A stretch of 64,000 nt of DNA, taken from assembly GCA_965247095.1 (NCBI GenBank), contig OZ251997.1, positions 1,632,001-1,696,000 on the forward strand. The letters are read 5' to 3'. This DNA is from Candidatus Multivorans sp. GTDB lineage: Bacteria; Acidobacteriota; Thermoanaerobaculia; Multivoradales; Multivoraceae. A program made the translations under genes and the position numbers. A model generated the notes under the pieces. It was not told the DNA's origin. It searched no databases and saw only the letters and a program-made list of their open reading frames with translations. Below are positions 27,334 through 36,880 of this stretch, one piece after another. The first letter of the stretch is position 1; the number at the start of each line of letters is the position of its first letter.

Positions 27334-28899
27334 TTGCGACACACGCTAGTGCTCCTCCACCGCTGGTTGGGCATCGCCGGCAACCTTCTGTTCGTGGTCT
27401 GGTTCGCTTCGGCGCTGGTCATGATGTACGCGCGGATGCCGGCGCTCGACCCCGGCGACCGGCTGAACCGGCTGCCGCCGCTCGATCTGGACGCAGTCCG
27501 GGTCGGCCCGGGCCAGGCCGCGGCGGCGGCGCGCCTGGAGGCCGGCGGTGAGGAAGCGCGCCAGATCCGCCTCGGCATGGCCGGGGAACGGCCCATCTAC
27601 CGGCTGCGCACCGCGGCCGGCTGGACCGCGGTCGGCGCGGACACCGGCAGTCCGATGCTGCAGCTCTCGGAGAGTCAGGCGGCGGCGATCGCGACGCAGT
27701 TCGCGCGGCCACCGGCCGGCGAGGTGACGCCGCACGAACTCCACTACGACCGGCTGCTGCCCCGCCCCGACCAGTGGACCCTGGAACTTCCCTCCCTGTT
27801 TCCCCTACACCGCATCCGCTCCGGCAGCGACATGCTCTACGTCTCCGATCGCACCGCCGAGGTCGTGATGGAGACGACCGCGACATCCCGGTTCTGGGGT
27901 ACCAGCGGCGCCGTCTTCCACTGGCTCTACTTCAGGCCGCTGCGTTCACACTCCACGCTGTGGCGCCAGTTGATCGTCTGGGCCTCCGCTGCCGGCTGCG
28001 TGCTGACCCTGTCCGGGCTCGCCGTCGGCGTGACCCGCCCGACCCGGCGGAAGCGCTCGCCGTACTCGGGCATCATGCGCTGGCACCACTACAGCGGCCT
28101 GGTCTTCGGCGCCGCCGCCTTCACCTGGGTGCTGAGCGGCGCGCTGTCGATGGATCCCTTCGGCTGGCACGCGGGGAGGACGACCAGCCAGGGACAGCAC
28201 GCCGCGGTCGCCGGCGGTGGGATGCGGCTCGACGATTTCGATCCGACCTCGATCCGGACCAGCCTGGAGTCGATCTCCGAGTCGTTCCCGGCACGCGAGG
28301 TCGAGTTCCAGTCGTTCGACGGCGAGCCGATGCTCCTGGCCTACCGCCCGCCATTTCCATCCGACGACAATCGCTACCGAGGCGGCTCGTACGGCGGCGG
28401 TCCCTCCGCGTTCCAAGCCACCGTGCAGCCCTTCGAGCACCGGCTCGTTGCGCTCGGCAGCGGAGAGACGCGCCGGTTCGCGCGTGACGAGCTCCTGGCC
28501 GCGGCCACCGCCGCCATGCCCGGGGCGGAGGTCGTCGCCGCGGAAGAGCTAGCCGAGTACGACGCCTACTACGGCGACCGTCGGCGCCGCAGTGCTCCCC
28601 TGCCGGTGCTCCGGGTTCGCTTCGACGATCCGGACAGGACCTGGCTCTACCTCGACCCGGCGCTCGGCCGCATCGTCCACCGCGAGCAGCGCCGGAGCCG
28701 CGTCGACCGCTGGCTGTACCGCGGCCTGCACCGGCTCGACTTCCCGGGCTTCTACCACCGGCGCCCGCTCTGGGACGTCGTCGTGATCGTCCTGCTGCTG
28801 GGCGGCCTGTTCTCCGCGGCCTCTTCCCTCGCCCCGGCGGCAAAACGCCTCAGGCGCCATGGGGCACGCCTGAGGCGCAAGCAGGTACAGAAGAGCTAA
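27334..28899 (+). CDS. PepSY-associated TM domain protein
   Basis: LHRWLG, FHWLYF, RWHHYSGL and WLYRGLHRLDF motifs; TTG start after GGAGGAGG. Confidence 0.85.
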   Translation: MRHTLVLLHRWLGIAGNLLFVVWFASALVMMYARMPALDPGDRLNRLPPLDLDAVRVGPGQAAAAARLEAGGEEARQIRLGMAGERPIYRLRTAAGWTAVGADTGSPMLQLSESQAAAIATQFARPPAGEVTPHELHYDRLLPRPDQWTLELPSLFPLHRIRSGSDMLYVSDRTAEVVMETTATSRFWGTSGAVFHWLYFRPLRSHSTLWRQLIVWASAAGCVLTLSGLAVGVTRPTRRKRSPYSGIMRWHHYSGLVFGAAAFTWVLSGALSMDPFGWHAGRTTSQGQHAAVAGGGMRLDDFDPTSIRTSLESISESFPAREVEFQSFDGEPMLLAYRPPFPSDDNRYRGGSYGGGPSAFQATVQPFEHRLVALGSGETRRFARDELLAAATAAMPGAEVVAAEELAEYDAYYGDRRRRSAPLPVLRVRFDDPDRTWLYLDPALGRIVHREQRRSRVDRWLYRGLHRLDFPGFYHRRPLWDVVVIVLLLGGLFSAASSLAPAAKRLRRHGARLRRKQVQKS

Positions 28900-28967
28900 C
28901 AACTCACCGCGCCCTTCTGAGGGACGCGAGGGACGCGGTGAGTTGGCTGTCCCCTGCTGGGATTCAG

Positions 28968-29408
28968 CTACTGCGGCGGCTCGGTCTGATCGCGACCGTC
29001 GCGCGGTGCGCCCGTACCCGAGGAGCCCATGAAGATCTTGCTGCCGTCCTCGAAGGTCACGTCGCGGCCGTTCGCGCGCCGTGAGCGATCCTTGCTCTGG
29101 TAGCCGTCGACGACGATCACCGTGCCCGGCTGGAGATCATCGCGGGAAAGACCGCGGCGCAGCAGGGTGTTGGGCGTACCGCCCTCGACCATCCAGACGT
29201 GCGCTGTGCCGTCTTCCTCGGTGTGCTCGATGTGAATCCAGGTGTGCGGATTGACCCACTCGACCTTGACGACCGGGCCCTTCAGCAACAGCGGACGGTT
29301 GGGATCGAACTCGGCGCCGAAGGCGTGGTGAGCTACCAAGGGCACCGTCACCGCGATTGCCGCGACGACGAAGCCGATACCCGTGATGATGATGGCTCGC
29401 TTACTCAT
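28968..29408 (-). CDS. DUF6152 family secreted protein
   Basis: Signal peptide, then HHAFGAEFD, W.NPH and W.VEGG.PN.L.RRG motifs. Confidence 0.85.
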   Translation of the reverse strand: MSKRAIIITGIGFVVAAIAVTVPLVAHHAFGAEFDPNRPLLLKGPVVKVEWVNPHTWIHIEHTEEDGTAHVWMVEGGTPNTLLRRGLSRDDLQPGTVIVVDGYQSKDRSRRANGRDVTFEDGSKIFMGSSGTGAPRDGRDQTEPPQ

Positions 29409-29534
29409 GGACGTCTCTCACTCCTCTGTTTTGGTGTCAGTGGGTTGTCCTTAGGGTTTCTCGATCAAGTGGAGCGTACTTCGCTCCGACCCCAGCGGGC
29501 GGTGAACCGACTCTAACAGGATTCGAACGCGGGC

Positions 29535-29650
29535 TACTCCGCTCCGTCGCCGGCAGATGCTCGCCGCCAATGCGCACGATGCGTGCGTCGTGAACCATTT
29601 CGACCAGGATCATCACGTGATCCTCGGTCTGCACGATCCGCTTCAGGTGC
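29535..29650 (-). pseudogene. Internal fragment of the 'PDLxGxW...ACHEGN' secreted family
   Basis: LKRIVQTEDHVMILVEMVHDARIVRIGGEHLP aligns with LKTITQTDTHVVIMIEWMHWARIVRLDAKHLP in 31221-32246. Confidence 0.75.
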
Positions 29651-29690
29651 CTTCAGTCCGGGTTCACGCATTGTGGATCTCGCTTCGTTT

Positions 29691-30686
29691 TTAGTCGACC
29701 AGCTTCATCCGCGGCAGCGGGCTGCGACGGTACTCGCCGTACATCAACTCTTCCACGAACTCGACGCACCGGAAGTCCATCAGCCGGGCGTTCGGCTCCA
29801 TCCGCCGGTAGAGCGGCATCTCGATCGTCCACGGCTCGCTGTAGGTCATCGGATCGGTGAGAGTCGCCTCGTAGTGGATGTGGTTCGGGCCGGCCAGCGT
29901 GTAGCGCTCCTCCACCTGCACCTGGTTGCTGTAGTGGTTGCCCGAACGGTCGAGCCAGCCGCCGCAGCCGGCCATGTCGCCGTCGCGCATCGCGCAGTCC
30001 TTCGCCAACAGGCCGCTCACGTCCACGACCAGCGTGTCGCCGTCCCAGCGGCCGTATGACGTGCCCATCCAACTATCGACCTGGGAGGGCTTCGGATCCT
30101 CCATGTAGATGTCGCGAACCGCACCGGCGTACTGATAGGCGATGAAGACCGCGTTCTCGCTCTGGAAGAGCTGGAACGGCTGGGGCATGTAGGTGGCACG
30201 CGGCACGCCCGGCAGGTAGCAGAAGATCTCCTGGTCGCGGGTGGACCAGTTCGCCTGGTTCTCATTCTTCTTGGCGAGCGCTGCCTCCGTGTACGGGATC
30301 ATCCCGCCACCCTTGATCACGCCCATGCCCGGGGGCACCGAGCCGATCGCGCCAAAGTTCAGGACCTCGGCCGCCGGCAGCGGACCGTGGGGGCCCTCGC
30401 GCAACTGCATGGCGGCGCGCGCCATGTGCAGTTCCAGGTCGTAGTTCGCCTCGTTCAAGGCCTGCCAGATGCCGTTCAGGTCGGGCTTGCCGTCCGAGAG
30501 CCGGTTCGGCTCAAAGTCTTGGGCCGCGAGCGGCGCCACCGCCACGGCAAGAACCGCGGCCACGACCACGGCAGTTGCCATCCGAGCGCCCGCTGACGGG
30601 CGCTCGGACTGCTTCACGAGTGGCGCAGGAGGCGCCACTCGGGTTCGAGAAAACACGCTAGTTCCCAGTTTCATGACGTTGGCCAT
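29691..30686 (-). CDS. Secreted hypothetical protein (PDLxGxW family)
   Basis: GKPDLNGIW, CYLPGVPR, SYGRWDGDTLVV and MDFRCVE motifs; signal peptide preceded by a repeat-derived segment. Confidence 0.85.
   Translation of the reverse strand: MANVMKLGTSVFSRTRVAPPAPLVKQSERPSAGARMATAVVVAAVLAVAVAPLAAQDFEPNRLSDGKPDLNGIWQALNEANYDLELHMARAAMQLREGPHGPLPAAEVLNFGAIGSVPPGMGVIKGGGMIPYTEAALAKKNENQANWSTRDQEIFCYLPGVPRATYMPQPFQLFQSENAVFIAYQYAGAVRDIYMEDPKPSQVDSWMGTSYGRWDGDTLVVDVSGLLAKDCAMRDGDMAGCGGWLDRSGNHYSNQVQVEERYTLAGPNHIHYEATLTDPMTYSEPWTIEMPLYRRMEPNARLMDFRCVEFVEELMYGEYRRSPLPRMKLVD
30575..30646 (-). repeat. Double-hairpin REP-like repeat, copy 6 (in-frame in N-terminus)
   Basis: TCCGAGCGCCCG-CTGA-CGGGCGCTCGGA and CGAGTGGCGC-AGGAG-GCGCCACTCG. 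Confidence 0.85.
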
Positions 30687-30768
30687 ACTCCTCTTCGGCA
30701 GGACGCCGGGTTGTCTGAGCAGAATGCGCGAACCCTGTCAGCTTCGGCGGAAGGGGTCAACCCCGCAG

Positions 30769-31146
30769 CTACTGTCTGCGCCGCCGGGAAATCAAGGCGA
30801 AAAGCCAGACGGTCAACCACGCCGGCACCGAGAAGACGCCGGCGTAGATCCAGATGCCGATCGGACCGAACAAGCCCCCTACCGTCGCGCCGAGTACCGT
30901 CAGCGGGCCGAGAACCGTTGCGAAGGTGTATGTGAGCGGCCGCGACAGCGGATACAGCCTGCGGAGAGCCATCGTCAGCGGGATCGCGCCGGGCCATGCC
31001 AGAACCAGCCCCAGGAACATTGCCGGCACCGCCATGAGAGCCGCAGGGCCCTCGCCGCCGAAGCCCGGCTCGAAGACGAACCGGACAAGCGTGAGAACCA
31101 CCATCCCGGCCGGCAGCCATAGCGAGAGGACCAGGGTGCGTTTCAT
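30769..31146 (-). CDS. Small membrane protein (about 4 TM)
   Basis: Hydrophobic 125-aa ORF, co-oriented and filling the gap between neighbours. Confidence 0.65.
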   Translation of the reverse strand: MKRTLVLSLWLPAGMVVLTLVRFVFEPGFGGEGPAALMAVPAMFLGLVLAWPGAIPLTMALRRLYPLSRPLTYTFATVLGPLTVLGATVGGLFGPIGIWIYAGVFSVPAWLTVWLFALISRRRRQ

Positions 31147-31220
31147 CGACTCACCGAGTTGAAGATCGTACGGCGTGCTCCGCCGGGGCCTTCCCCGCTG
31201 GCTCGACGCTCACCGCCTCT

Positions 31221-32246
31221 TCAACGCCCATGCTTCTCGTAGTACTCCTGCTCCAGGTAACGGGCGCCCCGCAGCGTGTTGCCCATCGAGTAGTTGCCCT
31301 CGTGGCAGGCGAACTCATAGAGCTGGCTGTCGGTGCGCGGCCAGGGCAGCGACCCGCTGTAGGGCGCCGTGTGCTCCGGGTCGTTGACGGTGTACTCGTA
31401 GAACAGGTTGTTCTTGTCCTGGAAGCGGAGACGTTCGACGATGTGGAGCCCGTCCCGGTGAACGCCCCAGTCACCGAGGAGGTTCGTCGTGTCGATCACC
31501 AGCGTGTCGCCGTCCCAGCTTCCGATCGAATCGCCGGCATAGGAGCGGTACTCCGGCGGCAGGTGCTTGGCGTCGAGACGGACGATCCGGGCCCAGTGCA
31601 TCCACTCGATCATGATGACGACGTGAGTGTCGGTCTGGGTGATCGTCTTCAGGTTGTTGTAAGCCCTGGGGCCGATCGGGAGCGTCGAACCCTGGTGGAA
31701 GACGCAGCGGTTACCGAGCGTCAGCGATTCCGGCCCGTCGTAGGGGTCGTCTGGGTCGTCGAGCCACCAGGCCGAGCCCGTGTTCTCATAGCTGAAGAGC
31801 GGCAGGTTCGCGCGGCGCGCCTCGCCCGCCGCCGTCAGCGGCGGGAAGCGGCCGTTCGGAGGATCGGTGAGCACCGAGGTCCGGTACTTGCCGTCAACGG
31901 TAAAGGCGGCCGTACCGCGATCGAGCCAGAAGAGGTTGTAGGCCCCGACGCCCCGGTAACCCTCCTCCGACCGTCCCGCGATCACGTCGCGGTTCGCGTC
32001 GCGGGCTTCCAGGTCGCGGGCATTGGCGGCCGCGGTGCCGTCCGCCATGCCGCGCGCTTCCTCCTCGGTCAGAGACAGCCGGTCGCCGAATCGGGGGTCG
32101 CGCTCGAGCGGCGTGAGAAACGAGACATCGTAGTTGCCGGAAAAGTCCGGCCTGCCGCTCGGGGTGCGCGGAATCTCCTCGGCAATGAGGCACGGCGCGA
32201 AGAGCAGGCTCATCGCCGCACACAGGGAGAGGGCTCGGATCCTCAT
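31221..32246 (-). CDS. Secreted hypothetical protein (PDLxGxW...YEFACHEGN family)
   Basis: Signal; PRTPSGRPDFSG, DPPNGR.P, GDSIGSWDGDTLV and YEFACHEGNY motifs. Confidence 0.88.
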   Translation of the reverse strand: MRIRALSLCAAMSLLFAPCLIAEEIPRTPSGRPDFSGNYDVSFLTPLERDPRFGDRLSLTEEEARGMADGTAAANARDLEARDANRDVIAGRSEEGYRGVGAYNLFWLDRGTAAFTVDGKYRTSVLTDPPNGRFPPLTAAGEARRANLPLFSYENTGSAWWLDDPDDPYDGPESLTLGNRCVFHQGSTLPIGPRAYNNLKTITQTDTHVVIMIEWMHWARIVRLDAKHLPPEYRSYAGDSIGSWDGDTLVIDTTNLLGDWGVHRDGLHIVERLRFQDKNNLFYEYTVNDPEHTAPYSGSLPWPRTDSQLYEFACHEGNYSMGNTLRGARYLEQEYYEKHGR

Positions 32247-32337
32247 TCTCGACCTCCGGTACGCGCTGTGAGTGGACTCGTTGAGCCTAGCAGTACGTGC
32301 CCGACGATCTCGACGCTCTTGGAGTATGACGGCGTGC

Positions 32338-34104
32338 TTAACGCAGCGCGAACACGAACAGCGTGTTGTTGGAACTCGGACGGAGCTCCGCCGTCAACCT
32401 TCGGAAGGTCGAGGTCGTGCCGCCCTCGGCGCCGGTGCCAACCGCCACGTACTGCCGGCCGTCGACCGCGTAGCTGACCGGAAAACCGGTCACCGAGGAG
32501 CCGAGGTTGATCTCCCACAGCACCTCGCCGGTTTCCTGGTCCAGAGCCCAGAAGCGGCCGCCTGTGTCGCCGCCGAACACGAGACCGCCACCGGTCGCGA
32601 CGAGCGACATCGTCACCGCCCGCCGCTCGTGGCGCCAGCGCGTCTCACCGGTCTCGGCGGAGATCGCGTAGACCGTGCCGAGCAGTTCTTTTCCAGGCGC
32701 CGGCTGGGTCTCGTTCACCAGCGCGTAGTGCATGGCTCCACGACCCACGCGTGTCGTCATCTGGGAGCACAAGTTCCGGAGCGGGTAGTACATCGTGTTC
32801 GTCAACGGACTGTACGACCCGGCCTCCCAGTCCTTGCCGCCGAGGAGCGACGGACAGATCAGCCGCTGCTGCTCCAGTTCGGTGAACACGACTTCGGGGT
32901 TCTCGACTACTACGCCAGTCGCGCCGTCGATCCGCTCGATCACGTTCTGGGGAACAGTCGGCCGCGCCCACAGGAACTCGCCGGTCTCGCGGTCGAGCGT
33001 ATAGACCAGACCGGTCTTGCCCGGAACCCCGGTCACGACCTTCCGGACCTCGCCCGCTTGAAGCCGGGGGTTCCGCCACGGGACGGCATCGGCATCGGGC
33101 GCCACCGCGGTATCGACCAGCAGCCGCTCGAAGGGATGGTCCAGGTCCCAGTGGTCGTTCAGGTGCTGGTAGTACCAGCGGACCGCGCCGGTGTCGACCT
33201 CAAGCGCCAACGTGGTGTTGTGGTACAGGTGCCTCTTCTCGTGGCCGCCGAGCAGGAACTTGGGCGCCGGCGAGGTGACCGACGTGCCCAGGATGACCAG
33301 TTCCAGGGCCGGGTCGTAGCTCGGCGCCATCCAGGAGCCGACGTGGGCCCGGTCCTCGAACGGCAAGTCGCCCCATGTCTCGTTGCCGGGCTCGCCCGGC
33401 CGTGGGATCAGCGGCCGGCGCCAGAGTTCTTCGCCGGTCGTCGCGTCATGGGCCGCGATGAAGCAGGCCTCGGGACCCCGGTTCGGCCGGCAGCTCCGAC
33501 CCGAGATCACGCGACCGGCGGCGACGAGCGGTCCGGTCGAGTGCCTGGCCGGGTCGACCTCGTAGTCGACGATCTGGGTCTCCCATGCGAGTTCGCCGGT
33601 GACCGCGTCGAGCGCGTAAACGTAGCCGTCGTTCGCCGTGTCGATGATCAATCCCCCGTAGATCGCCAGACTCCGGTTGACCGTCTCCAGACCGCCGACG
33701 TAGGTCGCGATGTCCTTCGGGATCGGGCGCCGGTACTCCCACAGGAGGTCACCGGTCGCCGCGTCGATCGCCTGGGTGACGCTGCTCGGATTCGGGAAGT
33801 ACATGACGCCGTCGTAGACCAGCGGCGTCCCCTGCTGACTGCCCGGCTGCAGACCGCGGGACCAGGCCATGGTCAGGTCGCCGACGTTCTCCCGGTCGAT
33901 CTGGTCGAGCGGGCTGTAGCCCCAGCCGTTCTGGGTGCGGCGCCAGTGCAACCAGTCGCCTGCCTCCGGTTCCTCCAGCATCGCGTCGGTGACGGGAACG
34001 AAGGCGCCCTCCGACTGGGCGCCGGCCGAGGGCGCCACGAGGGACACGAGCGCCGTCGCCGCGGCAATCCGCAGGGGCAATCGAAGGAAACGCTCTCGAC
34101 TCAT
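32338..34104 (-). CDS. PQQ-dependent dehydrogenase (alcohol dehydrogenase-like)
   Basis: YSPLDQI, QGTPLVYDG and HWDLDH motifs; beta-propeller W motifs; signal peptide. Confidence 0.9.
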   Translation of the reverse strand: MSRERFLRLPLRIAAATALVSLVAPSAGAQSEGAFVPVTDAMLEEPEAGDWLHWRRTQNGWGYSPLDQIDRENVGDLTMAWSRGLQPGSQQGTPLVYDGVMYFPNPSSVTQAIDAATGDLLWEYRRPIPKDIATYVGGLETVNRSLAIYGGLIIDTANDGYVYALDAVTGELAWETQIVDYEVDPARHSTGPLVAAGRVISGRSCRPNRGPEACFIAAHDATTGEELWRRPLIPRPGEPGNETWGDLPFEDRAHVGSWMAPSYDPALELVILGTSVTSPAPKFLLGGHEKRHLYHNTTLALEVDTGAVRWYYQHLNDHWDLDHPFERLLVDTAVAPDADAVPWRNPRLQAGEVRKVVTGVPGKTGLVYTLDRETGEFLWARPTVPQNVIERIDGATGVVVENPEVVFTELEQQRLICPSLLGGKDWEAGSYSPLTNTMYYPLRNLCSQMTTRVGRGAMHYALVNETQPAPGKELLGTVYAISAETGETRWRHERRAVTMSLVATGGGLVFGGDTGGRFWALDQETGEVLWEINLGSSVTGFPVSYAVDGRQYVAVGTGAEGGTTSTFRRLTAELRPSSNNTLFVFALR

Positions 34105-34212
34105 ACTCGGACTCCCCGGCCAGGACCTCTTGTAGCTAGCGAGCGGCGAGCGTAGCGCAGGAGAAACGGCTCACGCCGCCCGCAGCGCCCGGTAGACGGC
34201 TATCCTCGCCCG

Positions 34213-35463
34213 ATGCCAACGACGGACAACGGCCGGATCGTGATCACCGGCCTCGGCGCGGTGACGCCGGTTGGCAACGACGTCGAGACCTTCTGGCGAC
34301 GGATGAAGGCCGGCGACTCGGGCGCCGGGCCGATCACCTCGTTCGACACCGAGGCCTTCAAGGTGAAGATCGCCTGCGAGGTACGGGACTTCGACCCCAC
34401 CGAGTGGCTGGCCGGCAAAGCGGCCCGCCGGCTGGCGCGCTCGACCCACTTCGCGGTGGCATCGGCCAAGCAGGCCCTCCTGGACGCCGATCTGGAGATC
34501 GACCCCGCCGCAGCTCACCGCTACGGGATCACGTTCAACACCGGCGGCGGCGGCGTGGCGAGCATGGAGAGCGGCACCCGGCAACTCGTCGAGCGGGGGC
34601 CGCGCAAGGCGAACCCGTTCCTGGTCACCGACGTGATGCCGAACGCCGTCTCGTGCCTGATCTCGATCGAACTCGGCGTCACCGGCCCCACCACCACCTC
34701 GACGCTGGCCTGCGCCAGCGGCAACTACGCCCTGCTCGAGGCCTACAGGCTGCTGCGTTCAGGCGAAGTCGACGCGGTCATCGCCGGCGGCACGGAAGCC
34801 GCCATCACCCCGTTGATCGTCGCCACGTTCTCCCGCCTGCAGGCCCTCTCCACCCGCAACGACGACCCGCGGGCTGCAAGCCGTCCCTTCGACAAAGACC
34901 GCGACGGCTTCGTCTTCGGCGAGGGCGCCGCCGCGTTCGTGGTCGAGACCGAACGGCACGCGGAGCAGCGGGGCGCCCGCGCCTACGCCGAGGTCAGGGG
35001 CGGCGCGGTCACCGCTGACGCGCACCACCTGACCGCGCCGCGTCCCGACGGCGCGGGCGCTGCCGCCGCAATGACCCGTGCCCTGCAGTCGAGCGCGGTC
35101 GACCCCGGCGAGGTCGATACCGTGTTCGCCCACGGCACGGCGACCCCCCTGGGCGATGTCGCCGAGACGCTGGCAATCAAGGCGGCGCTCGGCGACCGTG
35201 CTCGGGATGTCGCGGTGACCGCCACCAAGTCCCAGGTCGGCCACATGCTGGGGGCGGCCGGCGCGGTATCGGCCCTGGCCGCGGTCAAGACGATCGAGGA
35301 AGGCACGATCCCGCCGACGATCAACCTGGAGCGGCCGGACCCGGACTGCGACCTGGACTATGTTCCGAACCGGGCCCGCGCCCACCCCACCGACATCGCA
35401 CTCGTCAACGCCTTCGGCTTCGGCGGCCAGAATGTGGTCGTCGTGCTGGCCGACGCCGGCTGA
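34213..35463 (+). CDS. fabF: Beta-ketoacyl-ACP synthase II
   Basis: ITGLGAVTPVG, ACASG, SRPFDKDRDGFV.GEG, AHGT, GHMLGAAG and NAFGFGGQN (Cys-His-His triad). Confidence 0.9.
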   Translation: MPTTDNGRIVITGLGAVTPVGNDVETFWRRMKAGDSGAGPITSFDTEAFKVKIACEVRDFDPTEWLAGKAARRLARSTHFAVASAKQALLDADLEIDPAAAHRYGITFNTGGGGVASMESGTRQLVERGPRKANPFLVTDVMPNAVSCLISIELGVTGPTTTSTLACASGNYALLEAYRLLRSGEVDAVIAGGTEAAITPLIVATFSRLQALSTRNDDPRAASRPFDKDRDGFVFGEGAAAFVVETERHAEQRGARAYAEVRGGAVTADAHHLTAPRPDGAGAAAAMTRALQSSAVDPGEVDTVFAHGTATPLGDVAETLAIKAALGDRARDVAVTATKSQVGHMLGAAGAVSALAAVKTIEEGTIPPTINLERPDPDCDLDYVPNRARAHPTDIALVNAFGFGGQNVVVVLADAG

Positions 35464-35481
35464 GGCCACTACGCCCACAAA

Positions 35482-36132
35482 CTAGTCGCGGCTCTGGACT
35501 CTCTCCCGAATCGCGTCAAGCACCTGCCGAAGCATGCGGGGCGCCGCGTAGTCCACAATCCGAGCAGAGAGCATGCCGCCCGGGTCGCTGAGCACCCGAT
35601 ACACAAGGACGGTGCGCTCCGGGGCGAGCGGAATCAGGGTCCAAGAACCGGTGCTGGTCCGGACGTTGCCGGAGCCTTCAACGTAGGTCCAGCGAGCTCG
35701 CCAGCCGGTACCCGAGCTGGTGGCGAAGGTCTCGGTCTCGACCCGTAGCGTGTACCGCCGGTCCTGCACCGGGAACGGCATGTCGAGGACCTGCCGGTTC
35801 AGGTAGACGCCCGGCGAGACCGGCTCGACATCGGACTCGCGCATCCGTGGCATGAACTCGTCGAACTCCCCCGCCGCGTCGACCACGTCGCGCACTGCCG
35901 CCAGGGGCTCTTCGATGAGGCCGAAGCCGCAGCCTTCCCGGATCCGGCGGCCGGCAGCACGGCTTGACACGCTCCACTGCCCGACAGGGGGCAGATCCTG
36001 CGCCAACTCAAGCTCGCCGCCCTGCGTGATCCCGCCGTCGGCAACGAGATCGGGGCTACAGAGATCTAGCGCCGGCGCCGGCGCGACGGCTAGCGCCAGG
36101 CTGACCGCAACCGCGCCGGCCGCTCTTCCCAT
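35482..36132 (-). CDS. START/SRPBCC-like secreted protein
   Basis: EFMPRM, DMPFPV.DR.Y, GSW.L and SDPGG motifs; signal peptide. Confidence 0.75.
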   Translation of the reverse strand: MGRAAGAVAVSLALAVAPAPALDLCSPDLVADGGITQGGELELAQDLPPVGQWSVSSRAAGRRIREGCGFGLIEEPLAAVRDVVDAAGEFDEFMPRMRESDVEPVSPGVYLNRQVLDMPFPVQDRRYTLRVETETFATSSGTGWRARWTYVEGSGNVRTSTGSWTLIPLAPERTVLVYRVLSDPGGMLSARIVDYAAPRMLRQVLDAIRERVQSRD

Positions 36133-36185
36133 GCCGTCGGACTCTACTGCGGAGGAACTCACCTTCTTCCTCGGGTCGTCACACA

Positions 36186-36227
36186 GCGTCATACGGCACT
36201 ACGATCGATCGTGGTACCGTTGTACGC
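36186..36227. promoter_or_regulatory. Imperfect palindrome, probable vapBC operator
   Basis: GCGTCATACGGCACTACGATC|GATCGTGGTACCGTTGTACGC, 16/21 complementary, ending 2 bp before the antitoxin ATG. Confidence 0.55.
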
Positions 36228-36229
36228 TC

Positions 36230-36436
36230 ATGACCGAAGTGACCCTCTCACCCAAGTACCAAGTCGTCATCCCACTTGCGATCCGCACCGCCCTGGGGCT
36301 GAAACCGGGTCAGAAGATCCGGGCGATTCGCCTGGGAGAAACCATCGAGCTGATCCCGGTCAAGCCGATGTCCGAGTACGAGGGGTTTCTCCCGGGCATC
36401 GACACGGAAGTTGAGCGCGATCCAGATCGCCTGTGA
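36230..36436 (+). CDS. vapB: AbrB/MazE/SpoVT-type antitoxin (VapB)
   Basis: MTEVTLSPKYQVVIP..IR..LGLKPG; overlaps the PIN toxin start. Confidence 0.88.
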   Translation: MTEVTLSPKYQVVIPLAIRTALGLKPGQKIRAIRLGETIELIPVKPMSEYEGFLPGIDTEVERDPDRL

Positions 36437-36861
36437 CTTCTCGCAGCGCTCCGCCCACTCCGACACCACCGCGCGCCCGATCGACCGCCAGCAACGTCGT
36501 CGATTCGTCGGCGTGGCTCGAGTTCTTCAAGAAGTCCGAGCGGGCCGCCCTCTACAGGGAGGCCATCCTGGACACGGAACGGCTTCTCGTGCCGGTGATC
36601 TGCATGTACGAAGTCTTCAAGGCCCTGTCCCGCCAGCGGTCCGAGACCGCCGCGCTACAGGCGGTGGAGGCGATGCACCAGGGAAGGGTCATCGAACTGT
36701 CCGCCGAACTCGCGCTCCGTGCGGCGCAGTTGTCCCTCGAATTCTCGCTGCCGATGGCCGACGCCTCGATCCTTGCGACCACGTACTCGCTGCAAGCGGA
36801 ACTCTGGACCCAGGACTCGGACTTCGAGGGGTTGCGGGACGTTCGCTACTTCCCCAAGTAG
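36433..36861 (+). CDS. vapC: PIN-domain toxin (VapC)
   Basis: VVDSSAWLE, YEV, MADASILAT and WTQDSDF motifs. Confidence 0.9.
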   Translation: MTSRSAPPTPTPPRARSTASNVVDSSAWLEFFKKSERAALYREAILDTERLLVPVICMYEVFKALSRQRSETAALQAVEAMHQGRVIELSAELALRAAQLSLEFSLPMADASILATTYSLQAELWTQDSDFEGLRDVRYFPK

Positions 36862-36880
36862 CCGGCAACGGCGGTCGCCC

